Shown here: positions 18,668-29,930 of the stretch, in pieces
Layout: every line of letters begins with the position of its first letter
Numbering within the stretch: position 1 is the stretch's first letter
Origin: a bacterium
Lineage (GTDB): Bacteria > Actinomycetota > UBA4738 > HRBIN12
Direction: 5' to 3'
Assembly (NCBI GenBank): GCA_023251895.1
Contig: JAHEXX010000002.1
Coordinates: forward strand, 668 to 45,557
Length of the DNA stretch: 44,890 nt
Made by a program: the position numbers and the translations under genes
The notes under the pieces: model-generated
The model's input: only the letters and a program-made list of their open reading frames with translations
Told to the model about the DNA's origin: nothing
The model's database searches: none

Positions 18668-21099
18668 CGCAGGAGGCGGTGACCCTCACGATCGACGGGA
18701 AGGAGGTCACGGTTCCGAAGGGGACCCTGATCATCCGGGCGGCCGAGCAGCTCGGTATCGAGATCCCGCGGTTCTGCGATCATCCGCTGCTGGAGCCGGC
18801 CGGAGCGTGCCGGCAGTGCTACGTGGAGGTCGAGGGCCAGGCCAAGTTGTTCACGTCCTGCACGGCGACGGTTGCGCCGGGCATGGCCGTGCGAACCCAG
18901 AACTCCAGCGAGGTGGTCCACGAAGCGCAGGTCGCGAACCTCGAGTTCCTTCTGCTGAACCACCCGCTCGACTGTCCCATCTGCGATCGGGGCGGTGAGT
19001 GCCCGCTGCAGGACCAGGCCTTGGCGTTCGGGCCCGGGGAGAGCCGGTACGTGGAGGCCAAACGGACCTTCGAGAAGCCCATACCGCTTTCGCCGCTCGT
19101 GGGCCTGGACCGGGAACGGTGTGTGCTGTGCGCTCGATGCACCAGGTTCTGCGACCAGATCTCCGGCGACCGGTTCATCGAGCTGTTCGCCCGGGGCGCC
19201 GGCGAGCGGGTGTCGATCGCTGCCGGCGAGGATTTCCTCTCGCCATTCTCCGGCAACACGATCCAGATCTGCCCGGTCGGCGCGCTGACCGCGACGCCGT
19301 ACAGGTTCGTGGCCCGGCCCTTCGACCTGTCCAGCGTCGACACCGTCTGCCCGCACTGCTCGGCGGGGTGCAACGTCAAGCTGGACGTGCGCCGGGGGAA
19401 GGTCGTGCGCCACCTGGCCCGCGACAACCTGGACGTGAACGACGCCTGGTTGTGCGACAAGGGGCGGTTCGCGTTCCGGTTCCCCGACGACGAGCGGCGG
19501 GTCACCATCCCGCTGCTCCGCGACCGGGGCTTGGAGCCGACGTCGTTCGGCGAGGTGATGGACGCGATCGGCGACTGGTCCAGAGGCAAGCGGGTGGCGT
19601 TCCTCACCGGCGGCCGCCTCGCTGACGAGGACGCGTACGCGCTCTCGAAGGTGGCGCGCACCGCGTTCGTCACGAACGACCTCGATCACCGGCGCGAGTT
19701 CGCGGGCGGCGAGGCGGAGCGCCTCGCCGCCGTCGCCGTCACGGATCGGGCCCTCTCCGTCACCTACCGGGACGTCGAGCGGGCGAAGGCCATCGTGGTG
19801 GCTGGGCTCGACGCTGAACAGGAGGTGCCCATCCTGCATCTGCGGCTGCGGAAGGCCGCGAGGCGGGGGGCGCGGATCTTCGTCCTGAACCCGCGGCGGA
19901 CGCGACTGTGGGACGTGGCGGAGCACGTCCTCTGCAGGCCTGGACAAGAGGCCCACGTGCTCGAGCAGATCGTCGACGGCGAAGGCGGCGACTCGGGGGT
20001 GGGCCGGGCCGCGGACGCGCTTCGGGAGGCAGGGGAGGCCGGCGTCGTGCTGGCCGGGATGCGTCTCGCCGAGCACCCGCTCGCCGCGGACGTGGCGCTG
20101 AGGGCGGCCCGCAGGACCGGGGCACGGTTCTCTCTGGTCCCAAGGCGGGCGGGCGACAAGGGCGCGCTGGCCGCGGGCGTACACCCCCGGCTGCTCCCCG
20201 GCGGGCGGCGCGTGGACGACCCCGGGGAGCGGGCCGAGGTCGAGGCCGTGTGGGGGGAGCTGAAGAACGTGGTACCCGGCCGGAACGCGAAGCAGATCTT
20301 GGAGGCCGCCGCGAACCGGGAGATCGACGTGCTGTTCCTGGTCGGCGTCGATCCCCTGCGGGACTTCCCGGACGCGAGGCTCGCCCGCCACGCGCTGGAG
20401 AACGTGCCGTACAAGGTCGTGCAGTCCCTCGAGCTGGGGAGCCTGGAGCCGTTCGCCGACGCGTTCCTGCCGGCGGCCGCGTTCCCGGAACGCGACGCGC
20501 ACTTCACGACGTGGGAGGGCCGCGCCCAGCGGATCCGCCCGGTCCGGGGCCCCGCGGGGCTGTCCCGACCGGACTGGGAGATCTTCGCCGGCCTGGCCCG
20601 GGCCATGGGCGGGAGCCTCGGGTTCGAGTCGCTGGAGGATCTGCAGGAGGAATCGGTTGGGCTGCTCTCCCCCCGAGCGTTCTCCGGAGGGGCCAGCGCG
20701 TGGGTGGGGGCCGGCGCACCCCAGTGGATCGACGAGCTGACGCTCTTCACCTACCCGCTGCTGGTGGACGAGGGCAGGCTGTCCGAGGGCGCGTCGGAGC
20801 TCAAGGCGGCTCTCGAGGAGAAGCCGTTCCTTGAGATCCATCCGGTCGATGCCGACAAGCGGAGCATCGCCGACGGCGGAGAGGTTCGCGTCCGCACCCA
20901 GGCCGGACAGGCCGTTGTTCCGGTCCGCGTGACGCCGGACATCGCCGAGGGCTCCGTCTTCGTCCCTTTCAACCAGCCGGGCCTGGCGGCCAACACGCTC
21001 CTGTCGGGCCGGTTCACGGCGGGAGCGACGGTGGAAGCCGTGGCGGCCGCGGAAGCCGCCGCCGACCCCGAGCGGCTCACCGTGGGGGGTGGCCCCTAG
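18664..21099 (+). CDS. nuoG: NADH:quinone oxidoreductase subunit G (75 kDa)
   Basis: GTG 18664 overlaps the nuoF stop. N-terminal 2Fe-2S ferredoxin domain (IPRFCDHPLLEPAGACRQCYVEV), HPLDCPICDRGGECPLQ, CVLCARCTRFC. 811 aa. Confidence 0.95.
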   Translation: MTQEAVTLTIDGKEVTVPKGTLIIRAAEQLGIEIPRFCDHPLLEPAGACRQCYVEVEGQAKLFTSCTATVAPGMAVRTQNSSEVVHEAQVANLEFLLLNHPLDCPICDRGGECPLQDQALAFGPGESRYVEAKRTFEKPIPLSPLVGLDRERCVLCARCTRFCDQISGDRFIELFARGAGERVSIAAGEDFLSPFSGNTIQICPVGALTATPYRFVARPFDLSSVDTVCPHCSAGCNVKLDVRRGKVVRHLARDNLDVNDAWLCDKGRFAFRFPDDERRVTIPLLRDRGLEPTSFGEVMDAIGDWSRGKRVAFLTGGRLADEDAYALSKVARTAFVTNDLDHRREFAGGEAERLAAVAVTDRALSVTYRDVERAKAIVVAGLDAEQEVPILHLRLRKAARRGARIFVLNPRRTRLWDVAEHVLCRPGQEAHVLEQIVDGEGGDSGVGRAADALREAGEAGVVLAGMRLAEHPLAADVALRAARRTGARFSLVPRRAGDKGALAAGVHPRLLPGGRRVDDPGERAEVEAVWGELKNVVPGRNAKQILEAAANREIDVLFLVGVDPLRDFPDARLARHALENVPYKVVQSLELGSLEPFADAFLPAAAFPERDAHFTTWEGRAQRIRPVRGPAGLSRPDWEIFAGLARAMGGSLGFESLEDLQEESVGLLSPRAFSGGASAWVGAGAPQWIDELTLFTYPLLVDEGRLSEGASELKAALEEKPFLEIHPVDADKRSIADGGEVRVRTQAGQAVVPVRVTPDIAEGSVFVPFNQPGLAANTLLSGRFTAGATVEAVAAAEAAADPERLTVGGGP

Positions 21100-22247
21100 T
21101 GGGCTGGCTCGACTGGATGCTGCTGCTTGCCCGGATCGTCTTGACGTTCTTCATGCTGCTGTTCGCGCTGGTCATCGTGATCTGGCTGGAGCGCAAGTTC
21201 ATCGCCGATATGCAGACCCGCCCGGGGCCGCTGCGGGCGGGGCCCCGGGGCGTCCTGATCACGCTGGCCGACGGCATGAAGCTGTTCTTCAAGGAGAGCT
21301 TCGTCCCGACCCTGGCCGACCGCCCCGTGTACCTGATCGCCCCGATCCTGGCGGTGGTGCCCGCCTTCCTGGCGTTCTCGGTGATCCCGTGGGGGACCCA
21401 CGTCACGTTGTTCGGGCGGGAGATCCCCTTCCAGATCGCCGACCTGAACATCGGGATCCTCTGGGTGCTGGCCATGACCTCGATGACCGTCTACGCGGTG
21501 GTACTGGCGGGGTGGTCCAGCGGCTCGAACTACCCCCTCCTCGGCAGCGTGCGGTCGTCGGCCCAGATGATCTCGTACGAGGTGGGTATGGGCCTGGCGC
21601 TGATCTCGGTGCTGATGTTCACCGGCCACCTTAAGATGTCGGAGATCGTGGCCGGCCAGGGTGGCTACTACTGGGGGTTCGTCCCCCGGTGGAACTTCAT
21701 CCCGCAGTTCCCGGCGTTCCTGCTGTACCTCATCGCCGGACTGGCCGAGACGAACCGCCCGCCGTTCGACCTGCCGGAGGCGGAGTCGGAGCTGGTGGCC
21801 GGGTTCCACACCGAGTATTCGGGCTGGCGCTTCGCCATGTTATACCTGGGCGAGTACCTGAACACGATCACGGTGGCCGCCATCGCCACGACGCTGTTCC
21901 TAGGGGGCTGGCGCGGACCCCACCCCAGCTTCCTTCCGTGGCTGTGGCCGATCGCGTGGTTTGCCCTGAAGATCCTGGTGATCTTCTACGTGTACGTGTG
22001 GATCCGAGGGACCATGCCGCGTATCCGCTACGACCGGCTGATGGCCTTCGGGTGGAAGCTACTGATCCCCCTCGGGCTGTTCTGGGTGCTGGCGACCGGC
22101 ACGATCGTGCTGCTGCCGGGCCTCTACGGGAGCCGGGGCCGGCTGGTGGCCGTGGGCCTGATCGTGGGCATCGGCATGCTGCTGCTCCTCGCGGCGGACG
22201 TGCTGGAGCGGCCCCGCTCCCGCTCGCGCGAGGGGGCATCGCCGTGA
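21099..22247 (+). CDS. nuoH: NADH:quinone oxidoreductase subunit H (ND1)
   Basis: GTG 21099 overlaps the nuoG TAG. Polytopic protein with [29 protein letters not shown] signature. Confidence 0.95.
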   Translation: MGWLDWMLLLARIVLTFFMLLFALVIVIWLERKFIADMQTRPGPLRAGPRGVLITLADGMKLFFKESFVPTLADRPVYLIAPILAVVPAFLAFSVIPWGTHVTLFGREIPFQIADLNIGILWVLAMTSMTVYAVVLAGWSSGSNYPLLGSVRSSAQMISYEVGMGLALISVLMFTGHLKMSEIVAGQGGYYWGFVPRWNFIPQFPAFLLYLIAGLAETNRPPFDLPEAESELVAGFHTEYSGWRFAMLYLGEYLNTITVAAIATTLFLGGWRGPHPSFLPWLWPIAWFALKILVIFYVYVWIRGTMPRIRYDRLMAFGWKLLIPLGLFWVLATGTIVLLPGLYGSRGRLVAVGLIVGIGMLLLLAADVLERPRSRSREGASP

Positions 22248-22741
22248 GCCGGGGGGAGCAGCGGCCCCAGGATTTCCTGGGAGGGTTGGCGGCGGCAGCC
22301 CGAGGCATGGGCGTGGTGATCAAGCAGGTGTTCCGGCCCGACGTGACCGAGCGGTACCCCCAGCAGATCGACGAGCCGCCTCCGCGCTCACACATCGGCC
22401 GCCACCTCTTGAACCGGTACGAGAACGGCTTGGAGAAGTGCATCGGCTGCGAACTGTGCGCGTACGCGTGTCCGGCCGACGCGATCTGGGTGGAAGGGGC
22501 CGACAACGACCCGGAGAACCCCGTCTCCCCCGGGGAGCGGCACGCCAAGGACTACCAGATCAACTACCTGCGCTGCATCATGTGCGGCCTGTGCGTGGAG
22601 GCCTGCCCCACCCGGGCCCTCACGATGACGCACGCGTACGAGATGGCGTTCACCTCGCGGGAGGACGCCATCTTCACCAAGGAACAGTTGCTCGAGCCGC
22701 CGCTTCCCCTCGGAACCGCCCCGGGGACGCAGGAGGGGTAG
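22244..22741 (+). CDS. nuoI: NADH:quinone oxidoreductase subunit I (2x[4Fe-4S])
   Basis: GTG 22244 overlaps the nuoH stop. [12 protein letters not shown] and [12 protein letters not shown]. 165 aa. Confidence 0.95.
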   Translation: MSRGEQRPQDFLGGLAAAARGMGVVIKQVFRPDVTERYPQQIDEPPPRSHIGRHLLNRYENGLEKCIGCELCAYACPADAIWVEGADNDPENPVSPGERHAKDYQINYLRCIMCGLCVEACPTRALTMTHAYEMAFTSREDAIFTKEQLLEPPLPLGTAPGTQEG

Positions 22742-22743
22742 GC

Positions 22744-23324
<581 letters not shown>

Positions 23325-23328
<4 letters not shown>

Positions 23329-23630
23329 GGGTGCCCATCGCCGACTTCCTCGTGCTGTCCGGGATCCTGTTCGCCATCGGCACGGCCGGGGTCCTGGTCC
23401 GCAGGAACGCCCTGCTGATCTTCATGTCGGTTGAGCTCCAGCTGAATGCGGTCAACCTCACGCTCGTCGCGTTCTCCCGCATGCGCAACGAGCTGAACGG
23501 GCAGGTGTTGGCCTTCTTCTCCATGGTCGTGGCGGCGGCCGAGGTCGTGGTGGGTTTGGCCATCATCGTTTCGATGTACCGGCGGCGAGGCAGCGTGAAC
23601 GTCGACGACGCGAGCGTCCTGAGGGGGTGA
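23325..23630 (+). CDS. nuoK: NADH:quinone oxidoreductase subunit K
   Basis: ATG overlaps the nuoJ stop (ATGA). 101 aa, 3 TM helices, conserved membrane Glu residues in [10 protein letters not shown] and [11 protein letters not shown]. Confidence 0.93.
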
Positions 23631-23634
23631 CCGG

Positions 23635-25506
23635 GTGCTCGATCTGATATGGCTCGTCCCGGCGCTCCCCCTGGCGGGGGCGGCGATCAACCTGTTCTTC
23701 GGCAAGCGGTTGGGGAAGGCCGCCGGTGCGCTCGCCGCCGCGGTGATGACCGCGGCGTTCGTGATCGCCGTCTTCGTGGTGGCCGAGCTGCTCAAGCTCC
23801 CGGCCGAGCAACGGGCGCACGTCCGGCATCTGTGGGAATGGATCGCGTCGGGGTCGTTCCGGGTCGGCGTGGACCTCTTGGTCGATCCGCTCTCGGCCAC
23901 CATGATCCTGGTGGTGACAGGGGTCGGCACGCTGATCCACATCTACTCGATCGGCTACATGGACGGGGACCCCCGGTACGGCCGGTTCTTCTCGTACCTC
24001 AACCTGTTCGTGTTCTTCATGCTGATGCTGGTCCTGGCCCAGAACTACCTGCTGCTGTACCTGGGCTGGGAGGGCGTCGGCCTGTGCTCGTACCTGCTGA
24101 TCGGGTTCTGGTACGAGCGCGCGTCGGCGGCCAACGCCGCGAAGAAGGCCTTCATCACCACCCGCATCGGCGACACGGGCATGATGATCGGGATCGCGCT
24201 GATCTTCGTGAAGCTCGGCACGCTCGACTTCGGGCAGGTACTCGGGCCGGGCGCAGGGCGGCTCTCGGAGGGAGCGGCCACCGCGATCGCGCTGCTGCTG
24301 TTCGCCGGCGCGGTCGGCAAGTCGGCGCAGTTCCCGCTCCACGTGTGGCTCCCGGACGCGATGGAGGGCCCCACGCCGGTGTCCGCCCTGATCCACGCCG
24401 CGACGATGGTGACGGCCGGCGTGTACCTGGTGGCTCGCTCGCACGCACTGTTCGAGGCGTCGACGGTGGCGCTGCCAATCGTGCTGGTCGTGGGGTTGGC
24501 CACCGCCCTGTACGCGGCCCTCGCCTCGATCGGGCAGTTCGACATCAAACGCGCACTGGCCTACTCCACGATGAGCCAGTTGGGGTTCATGTTCTTCGCC
24601 GCTGGGATGGGCTACTACGCCGGCGCGATGCTGCTGCTCGTGTGTCACGCGTTCTACAAGGCGTTGCTCTTCCTCTCGGCGGGGAGCGTGATGCACGGAA
24701 CCGGCGATGAGGCCGACATGCGGAACATGGGTGGCCTGGCCCGGGAGATGCCGGCGACCACCGCCGCCTTCACGGTCGGGGCCCTGGCTTTGGCCGGCAT
24801 CCCACCGCTGGCCGGGTTCTTCGCCAAGGACCACATCGTGAGCTTCGCCGCCACCAGCGGGCGCGACCTCGCGTGGGTTTTGGCGAGCGTGGGCGCGTTC
24901 CTGTCGGCCCTGTACATCACCCGGCCGGTGTTCATGGCCTTCTTCGGGACCAGGCGAGCGGAGGGCCACGCGCACGAGTCTCCCCCGGTCATGACCGTCC
25001 CCCTCGCCCTCCTGGCTGTGGGGGCGGTGGGCGCCGGCGTGCTTGGCCTGTCCGTCGCGGGGGGGTTCCTGGCTCGGTTCCTGGAGCCGTCCGTCGGAAC
25101 GGCCGCGGAGGGGGCGGTCGGTCCGTCCGAGGCGGTCCTGGTGGGGATCTCTGTGGCCCTGGCCATCCTGGCCGTGGCCGTGGCCTGGTACGTCTGGGGG
25201 TCCGGCCGCGTGGACTGGCTGGGCATCCCCGAGCGGCACCCGGGGCTGGCCGGCGCGCTGGGCACCGCGTTCTACATCAACGCGCTCTACTCGTGGCTGG
25301 TGCAGTTCCCCGGCAAGGGCTTCGGCCGGCTGGTGGCCCGAGGCGACGAGCAGGTCATCGACGGCATGGTGAACGATGTGGGCGCGGGCGTGGAACGTCT
25401 GTCGCGGGTCGCTCCGAGGTGGGAGACGGGTAGGGTTCGCAGCTACGCGCTCTCGTTCGCCGTGGGTGCCTTCGCCGTCCTCGTCGTTCTGGGCTTGAGG
25501 CTCTGA
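23635..25506 (+). CDS. nuoL: NADH:quinone oxidoreductase subunit L (antiporter-like)
   Basis: GTG start 4 nt after the nuoK stop. 623 aa. [47 protein letters not shown]. Confidence 0.95.
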   Translation: MLDLIWLVPALPLAGAAINLFFGKRLGKAAGALAAAVMTAAFVIAVFVVAELLKLPAEQRAHVRHLWEWIASGSFRVGVDLLVDPLSATMILVVTGVGTLIHIYSIGYMDGDPRYGRFFSYLNLFVFFMLMLVLAQNYLLLYLGWEGVGLCSYLLIGFWYERASAANAAKKAFITTRIGDTGMMIGIALIFVKLGTLDFGQVLGPGAGRLSEGAATAIALLLFAGAVGKSAQFPLHVWLPDAMEGPTPVSALIHAATMVTAGVYLVARSHALFEASTVALPIVLVVGLATALYAALASIGQFDIKRALAYSTMSQLGFMFFAAGMGYYAGAMLLLVCHAFYKALLFLSAGSVMHGTGDEADMRNMGGLAREMPATTAAFTVGALALAGIPPLAGFFAKDHIVSFAATSGRDLAWVLASVGAFLSALYITRPVFMAFFGTRRAEGHAHESPPVMTVPLALLAVGAVGAGVLGLSVAGGFLARFLEPSVGTAAEGAVGPSEAVLVGISVALAILAVAVAWYVWGSGRVDWLGIPERHPGLAGALGTAFYINALYSWLVQFPGKGFGRLVARGDEQVIDGMVNDVGAGVERLSRVAPRWETGRVRSYALSFAVGAFAVLVVLGLRL

Positions 25507-25507
25507 G

Positions 25508-27016
25508 ATGCCTTGGCTCTCGGTCACCATCTTCCTGCCGCTGATCGGGGTGCCGATCCTGCTTTTCTGGCGGGGGATCCCCGACCCGGTGGCAAGGGGG
25601 GTCGCGCTGCTCGCGTCCACGACGACGTTCGTCGTCTCGCTGGGGCTGCTCGGTGCGTTCGACGCCTCCACGCCCGGCTACCAGCTCGTGGAGCGGGCCA
25701 CGTGGGTGAGGTCCATCGGTCTCCAGTACCTGGTCGGGGTCGACGGCGTGAGCCTGTTCCTGGTGATGCTCACCACGCTCATCATCCCCATCGGCATCCT
25801 GGCCTCCGGATCGGTCACGCGGAACGTCCGGCTGTTCATGGCATGCTCGCTGCTGCTCGAGACCGCGGTGCTGGGCGCTTTCCTGTCGCTCGACCTTCTG
25901 CTGTTCTTCGTCTTCTTCGAGGCGCTGCTGTTCCCCATGTACCTCCTGATCGGGATGTGGGGCTCGGGCCGCCGCGTGTACGCCGCCGTGAAGTTCTTCC
26001 TGTTCACGATGTTCGGTTCGGCCTTCCTGCTGGTCGCGATCCTGTTCCTGTTCTCGCGAGCGAGCGGCCAGTTCGGGCGGGGCACGTTCGAGCTGACGAA
26101 GCTCCAGCACCTGTCGCTGCCGCCGGCGACCGAGCGGTGGCTGTTCCTCGCGTTCTTCATCGCCTTCGCCGTGAAGGTGCCGCTCGTCCCGCTGCACACG
26201 TGGCTGCCAGACGCCCACACGGAGGCTCCCACGAAGGGCTCGATCATCCTTGCGGCCCTCCTTCTGAAGACCGGCACCTACGGGCTGATCCGGTTCAACC
26301 TGGTCCTGTTCCCCGAGGCCTCGCACTACTTCGCGAACGCCGTGTCGATCCTCGCGCTCGTCGGGATCATCTACGGCGCGATCGTGGCCATGATGCAGAG
26401 TGATCTGAAGCGGCTGATCGCCTACTCGTCGGTGTCCCACCTGGGGTTCGTCGTCCTGGGCATCTTCGCCTTCACGCAGCAGGGCATGTCGGGGGGCGTC
26501 CTGCAGATGGTGAACCACGGGATATCGACCGGTGCGCTGTTCCTGCTGGTCGGACTGCTGTACGACCGAACCCACACGCGGCAGCTGGACGAGCTCGGCG
26601 GGCTGGCAGACATCACGCCGCTCCTGGCCGGCTCGTTCATGGTGGCCGCCCTGTCCTCGATCGGACTGCCCGGCCTCAACAACTTCGTGGGGGAGTTCCT
26701 GGTGATCCTGGGTACTTTCACGGCAAACCGGGCCTTCGGCGTGCTCGCCGCCACCGGCGTGGTGCTGGGCGCGATCTATCTACTGTGGGCGTACCAGCGG
26801 ACCTGGCACGGGCCCCCCAACGAGCGGTACAGGGGCCTGGCCGACCTGTCCCGTGTGGAGATCACCGCGGTCGCCCCGCTGCTCGTGGTGATGCTCGTGC
26901 TGGGCGTGTACCCGAAGCTGCTGTTGGACCGGATCAACCCAACCACCAACAAGATCGTGCAGCAGGTCCAGGTGGTGCGGCACGACCAACGGCTCCTGGC
27001 TCGGGGAGGCGGCTGA
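25508..27016 (+). CDS. nuoM: NADH:quinone oxidoreductase subunit M (antiporter-like)
   Basis: ATG 1 nt after the nuoL stop. 502 aa. FAVKVPLVPLHTWLPDAHTEAPT motif. Confidence 0.95.
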   Translation: MPWLSVTIFLPLIGVPILLFWRGIPDPVARGVALLASTTTFVVSLGLLGAFDASTPGYQLVERATWVRSIGLQYLVGVDGVSLFLVMLTTLIIPIGILASGSVTRNVRLFMACSLLLETAVLGAFLSLDLLLFFVFFEALLFPMYLLIGMWGSGRRVYAAVKFFLFTMFGSAFLLVAILFLFSRASGQFGRGTFELTKLQHLSLPPATERWLFLAFFIAFAVKVPLVPLHTWLPDAHTEAPTKGSIILAALLLKTGTYGLIRFNLVLFPEASHYFANAVSILALVGIIYGAIVAMMQSDLKRLIAYSSVSHLGFVVLGIFAFTQQGMSGGVLQMVNHGISTGALFLLVGLLYDRTHTRQLDELGGLADITPLLAGSFMVAALSSIGLPGLNNFVGEFLVILGTFTANRAFGVLAATGVVLGAIYLLWAYQRTWHGPPNERYRGLADLSRVEITAVAPLLVVMLVLGVYPKLLLDRINPTTNKIVQQVQVVRHDQRLLARGGG

Positions 27017-27017
27017 C

Positions 27018-28466
27018 GTGATCCCCGCGCCGCATCTGGACTTCCTGCCGCTCCTGCCGGAGCTGATCGTGGCCGGCGTGGCGGTGGCGCTGCTGGTCGG
27101 CGGCGCCCTGGTGGGCCGGCCGTCGCAGACGGTCCTGCTTCTCCTCACGCTGGCCGGCCTGATCGCCGCCGCGGCCGCCTCCGCGTACCTGTGGAACTGG
27201 GACGGCCCGGGCCGCGTGCTGGGAGAGATGATCCAGGCCGACCGGCTGGCAGTCGTGTCCCGGATGATCCTCCTGGGCGTCGGGGCGTTCGGAGCGCTGT
27301 ACGGCCATCACTACTTCGCTCGCACCGGGGTGGCCCGGATGGAGTTCTACCCGTTGCTGCTGCTGGCGGTGTCCGGCATGACGCTCCTGGTGGCCTCGGC
27401 CGATCTCATCGTGGTGTTCCTGGCCCTGGAGATCCTGTCGCTCGCGCTGTACATCCTGGTGGCGCTGTCTTTCCGCATGGCCTCCGCCGAGGCCTCCATG
27501 AAGTACTTCCTGCTCGGCGCGTTCTCCTCGGCGTTCTTCCTGTACGGCCTGGCCATGGCGTACGGTGCCGCCGGGACGACGAAGATCGACGGCATCGCGC
27601 TCGCGCTGTCGGGCCGCACCGGGAGCCAGCCCCTGGCCCTGGCCGCCGTGGGCCTCCTGCTGATCGGGTTCGGGTTCAAGGTGTCGGTCGTGCCGTTCCA
27701 CATGTGGACCCCCGACGTCTACCAGGGCGCCCCGACGTCGGTGACGGCGTTCATGGCGGCGGGGACCAAGGTGGCCGCGTTCACGGCGCTGATCCGAGTG
27801 CTGGACGTCTCGTTCCAGCCGCTCACGTGGGACTGGCGGCCGGCGGTCTGGGCGCTGGCGGCGGCCAGCATGGTCCTGGGGAGCCTTCTGGCCATCGCGC
27901 AGACCGACCTCAAGCGCCTGCTGGGGTACTCGAGCATCGCGCACGCCGGGTTCATCCTCACCGGGCTGATCGCCACCGACGGGGCGGGAATCGCCGCGGT
28001 GACCTTCTACCTCGTGGCCTACTCGGTCACGGTCCTGGGGGCGTTCGGCACCGTGATGCTGGCCTCCGGGGGGATCCGGGAACGAACGTCCTTCGACTCT
28101 TTCAGGGGCCTGGCCGGGCGGAGCCCCATGCTGGCCGGCCTGCTGACGCTGTTCCTGCTGTCGCTCGCCGGTATCCCGCCGACCGTGGGCTTCATCGCCA
28201 AAGCCGGCGTGTTCGGATCCGCCATCCGCGCCGGGTTCTGGCCGCTCGCGCTGATCGGCGTGCTGGCCAGCGTCGTCGGTGCCTTCTTCTACCTGCGGGT
28301 CATCGTGCTGATGTACATGGAGGAGCCGCAGGCCGAGCTGGAGCCCGAGGGGGCCGCGCTGCCCGGGGCCGCGCTGGCGCTGGCCGCGGGCCTCACCCTG
28401 GTGCTTGGGGTGTTCCCGCAGATCATCCTCCCGGTCCTGGAGAAGGCGGCGATCCTCCGGTGGTGA
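27018..28466 (+). CDS. nuoN: NADH:quinone oxidoreductase subunit N (antiporter-like)
   Basis: GTG 1 nt after the nuoM stop. 482 aa. FKVSVVPFHMWTPDVYQGAPTSVTAFM motif. Confidence 0.95.
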   Translation: MIPAPHLDFLPLLPELIVAGVAVALLVGGALVGRPSQTVLLLLTLAGLIAAAAASAYLWNWDGPGRVLGEMIQADRLAVVSRMILLGVGAFGALYGHHYFARTGVARMEFYPLLLLAVSGMTLLVASADLIVVFLALEILSLALYILVALSFRMASAEASMKYFLLGAFSSAFFLYGLAMAYGAAGTTKIDGIALALSGRTGSQPLALAAVGLLLIGFGFKVSVVPFHMWTPDVYQGAPTSVTAFMAAGTKVAAFTALIRVLDVSFQPLTWDWRPAVWALAAASMVLGSLLAIAQTDLKRLLGYSSIAHAGFILTGLIATDGAGIAAVTFYLVAYSVTVLGAFGTVMLASGGIRERTSFDSFRGLAGRSPMLAGLLTLFLLSLAGIPPTVGFIAKAGVFGSAIRAGFWPLALIGVLASVVGAFFYLRVIVLMYMEEPQAELEPEGAALPGAALALAAGLTLVLGVFPQIILPVLEKAAILRW

Positions 28467-28509
28467 GCCCCGTTCGCCGCCCATGCCGCGCCCCGATAGG
28501 CTTCTCCGC

Positions 28510-29544
28510 ATGAGCAGGCGCGTGATCCCCGGCCTGGAAGCACCCGACGCCATCCTGGAGGCCGACATCCGCGCCCGCCTGGACCAGGTCGAGGGGGCAC
28601 TGGAGAAGGCCGTCCGGGCCGACTCGGACCTCCTGGCCGAGACCTCCTCGTACCTCCTGGCCGCGGGGGGGAAGCGGTTCCGGCCCATGTTGGTGCTGCT
28701 GTCCGGGTACTTCGGCGATCCCGCCGACCCTCGGTTGATCCCGGGCTCGGTGGCCATCGAGCTCGTGCACCTGGCCACGCTGTACCACGACGACGTCATC
28801 GACGAGGCGGATGCCCGGCGGGGCGCGCCGTCGGTGAACGCCCGATGGGACAACACCGTGGCCATCCTGACCGGCGACTACCTGTTCGCCCGGGCCTCGG
28901 AGATCTCGACGGAACTCGGCACCGAGGTGTGCCGCTTGCTCGCCCGGACCATCGCCACGCTGTGCGATGGCCAGATCCGGGAAGTGGAGTCCTCCGGGAA
29001 CGTCGACCAGGAGGAGGAGTCGTACATGGAGATCATCCGCCGCAAGACCGGCGCGCTGATCGCCACGTCGTGCCGGCTGGGTGCGCTGCTCTCGGACACG
29101 CCGATGGACCAGGTCGACGTCCTGGAGGAGTTCGGGGAAGCCCTGGGCATGGCGTTCCAGCTGTCCGACGACATCATGGACGTGACCGCCAGCCAGATGG
29201 AACTGGGCAAGGAGCCCGGCGTGGACCTCAGGGAGGGCGTCTACACGCTCCCGGTGCTGCACGCGCTGCATGAGGGAGAACGCCGGGAGGAGCTGTCCCG
29301 GCTGCTCCGGCAGGGTCCGCCGGACGGGGAGCGCTTGGACCGAGCCCTCGAGATCGTCCGGGCCGACGGCAGCCTCGCCCACGCCAGAGCCGCGGTCGCC
29401 CGGGAGGTCCACCGGGGAACCGAGCTCGCCGAGCGGCTGCCTGCCGGGCCGGCCCGCACCGCGCTGGTCCAGTTGGCAACGTTCCTGGCGGTACGGTGCG
29501 GTGCCGCGCAGGCCCCCCATACAACGATAGAATCCCCGGCTTGA
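28510..29544 (+). CDS. Long-chain trans-polyprenyl diphosphate synthase (hepta/octa/nonaprenyl type, quinone tail)
   Basis: ATG 28510 ([13 protein letters not shown]...) inside track ORF 28405..29544. First Asp-rich motif [15 protein letters not shown] with small Ala at -5 (HLATLYHDD). Second motif FQLSDDIMD. Confidence 0.85.
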   Translation: MSRRVIPGLEAPDAILEADIRARLDQVEGALEKAVRADSDLLAETSSYLLAAGGKRFRPMLVLLSGYFGDPADPRLIPGSVAIELVHLATLYHDDVIDEADARRGAPSVNARWDNTVAILTGDYLFARASEISTELGTEVCRLLARTIATLCDGQIREVESSGNVDQEEESYMEIIRRKTGALIATSCRLGALLSDTPMDQVDVLEEFGEALGMAFQLSDDIMDVTASQMELGKEPGVDLREGVYTLPVLHALHEGERREELSRLLRQGPPDGERLDRALEIVRADGSLAHARAAVAREVHRGTELAERLPAGPARTALVQLATFLAVRCGAAQAPHTTIESPA

Positions 29545-29558
29545 GAATGCTTTCACAA
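29541..29558. promoter_or_regulatory. Rex-like operator TTGAGAA-TGCT-TTCACAA (one mismatch to TTGTGAAnnnnTTCACAA), overlapping the synthase stop and the nuoA2 start codon
   Basis: Left arm 29541-29547, spacer 29548-29551, right arm 29552-29558. The nuoA2 ATG (29547-29549) lies inside the site. A TAGAAT -10-like hexamer sits at 29528-29533. Confidence 0.45.
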
Positions 29559-29930
29559 GCGTCCGCCGAGACCTACTACCAGTCCTACGCCGTCGTCCTG
29601 GCCGTCCTCGCGGCGGGCGTGCTGCTGGTGGGGGTGGCCTTCCTCGCCGCCCGGCTGATCGCCCCCCACCGGCCCCTGCCGGCCAAGCTCACCACCTACG
29701 AATGCGGCATCGACCCGGTGGGCCAGGGCTGGTCCCAGAGCCAGGTCCGCTACTACATCTACGGGTTCCTGTTCGTGATCTTCGACGTCGAGGCAGTGTT
29801 CCTGTTCCCCTGGGCGCGGATCTTCGAGCGCCTCGGCTACCAGGCCGTGGTCGAGATGGGCATCTTCATCGGGATCCTGGCGGTTGGCCTCCTGTACGCC
29901 TGGCGCAAGGGGGTGCTGAAGTGGGTCTGA
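29547..29930 (+). CDS. nuoA2: Complex-I subunit A paralog
   Basis: ATG 29547 lies 2 nt after the preceding stop. [10 protein letters not shown] and [11 protein letters not shown] signatures. 127 aa. Start lies inside track ORF 29496..29930. Confidence 0.88.
   Translation: MLSQASAETYYQSYAVVLAVLAAGVLLVGVAFLAARLIAPHRPLPAKLTTYECGIDPVGQGWSQSQVRYYIYGFLFVIFDVEAVFLFPWARIFERLGYQAVVEMGIFIGILAVGLLYAWRKGVLKWV

Noticed and set aside
18370-20841. Very long antisense ORFs opposite conserved genes (823 aa here; also 23563..25671, 26934..28865, 35589..37190, 15265..16659, 17090..18379, 3120..4457, 4297..5694, 9791..10954, 34598..35773).
   Set aside because: Their products are Arg/Pro/Gly/His/Asp-rich low-complexity strings with no family signatures. 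They lie exactly opposite strongly conserved respiratory genes. Such stop-free antisense frames are expected in DNA of this G+C content.
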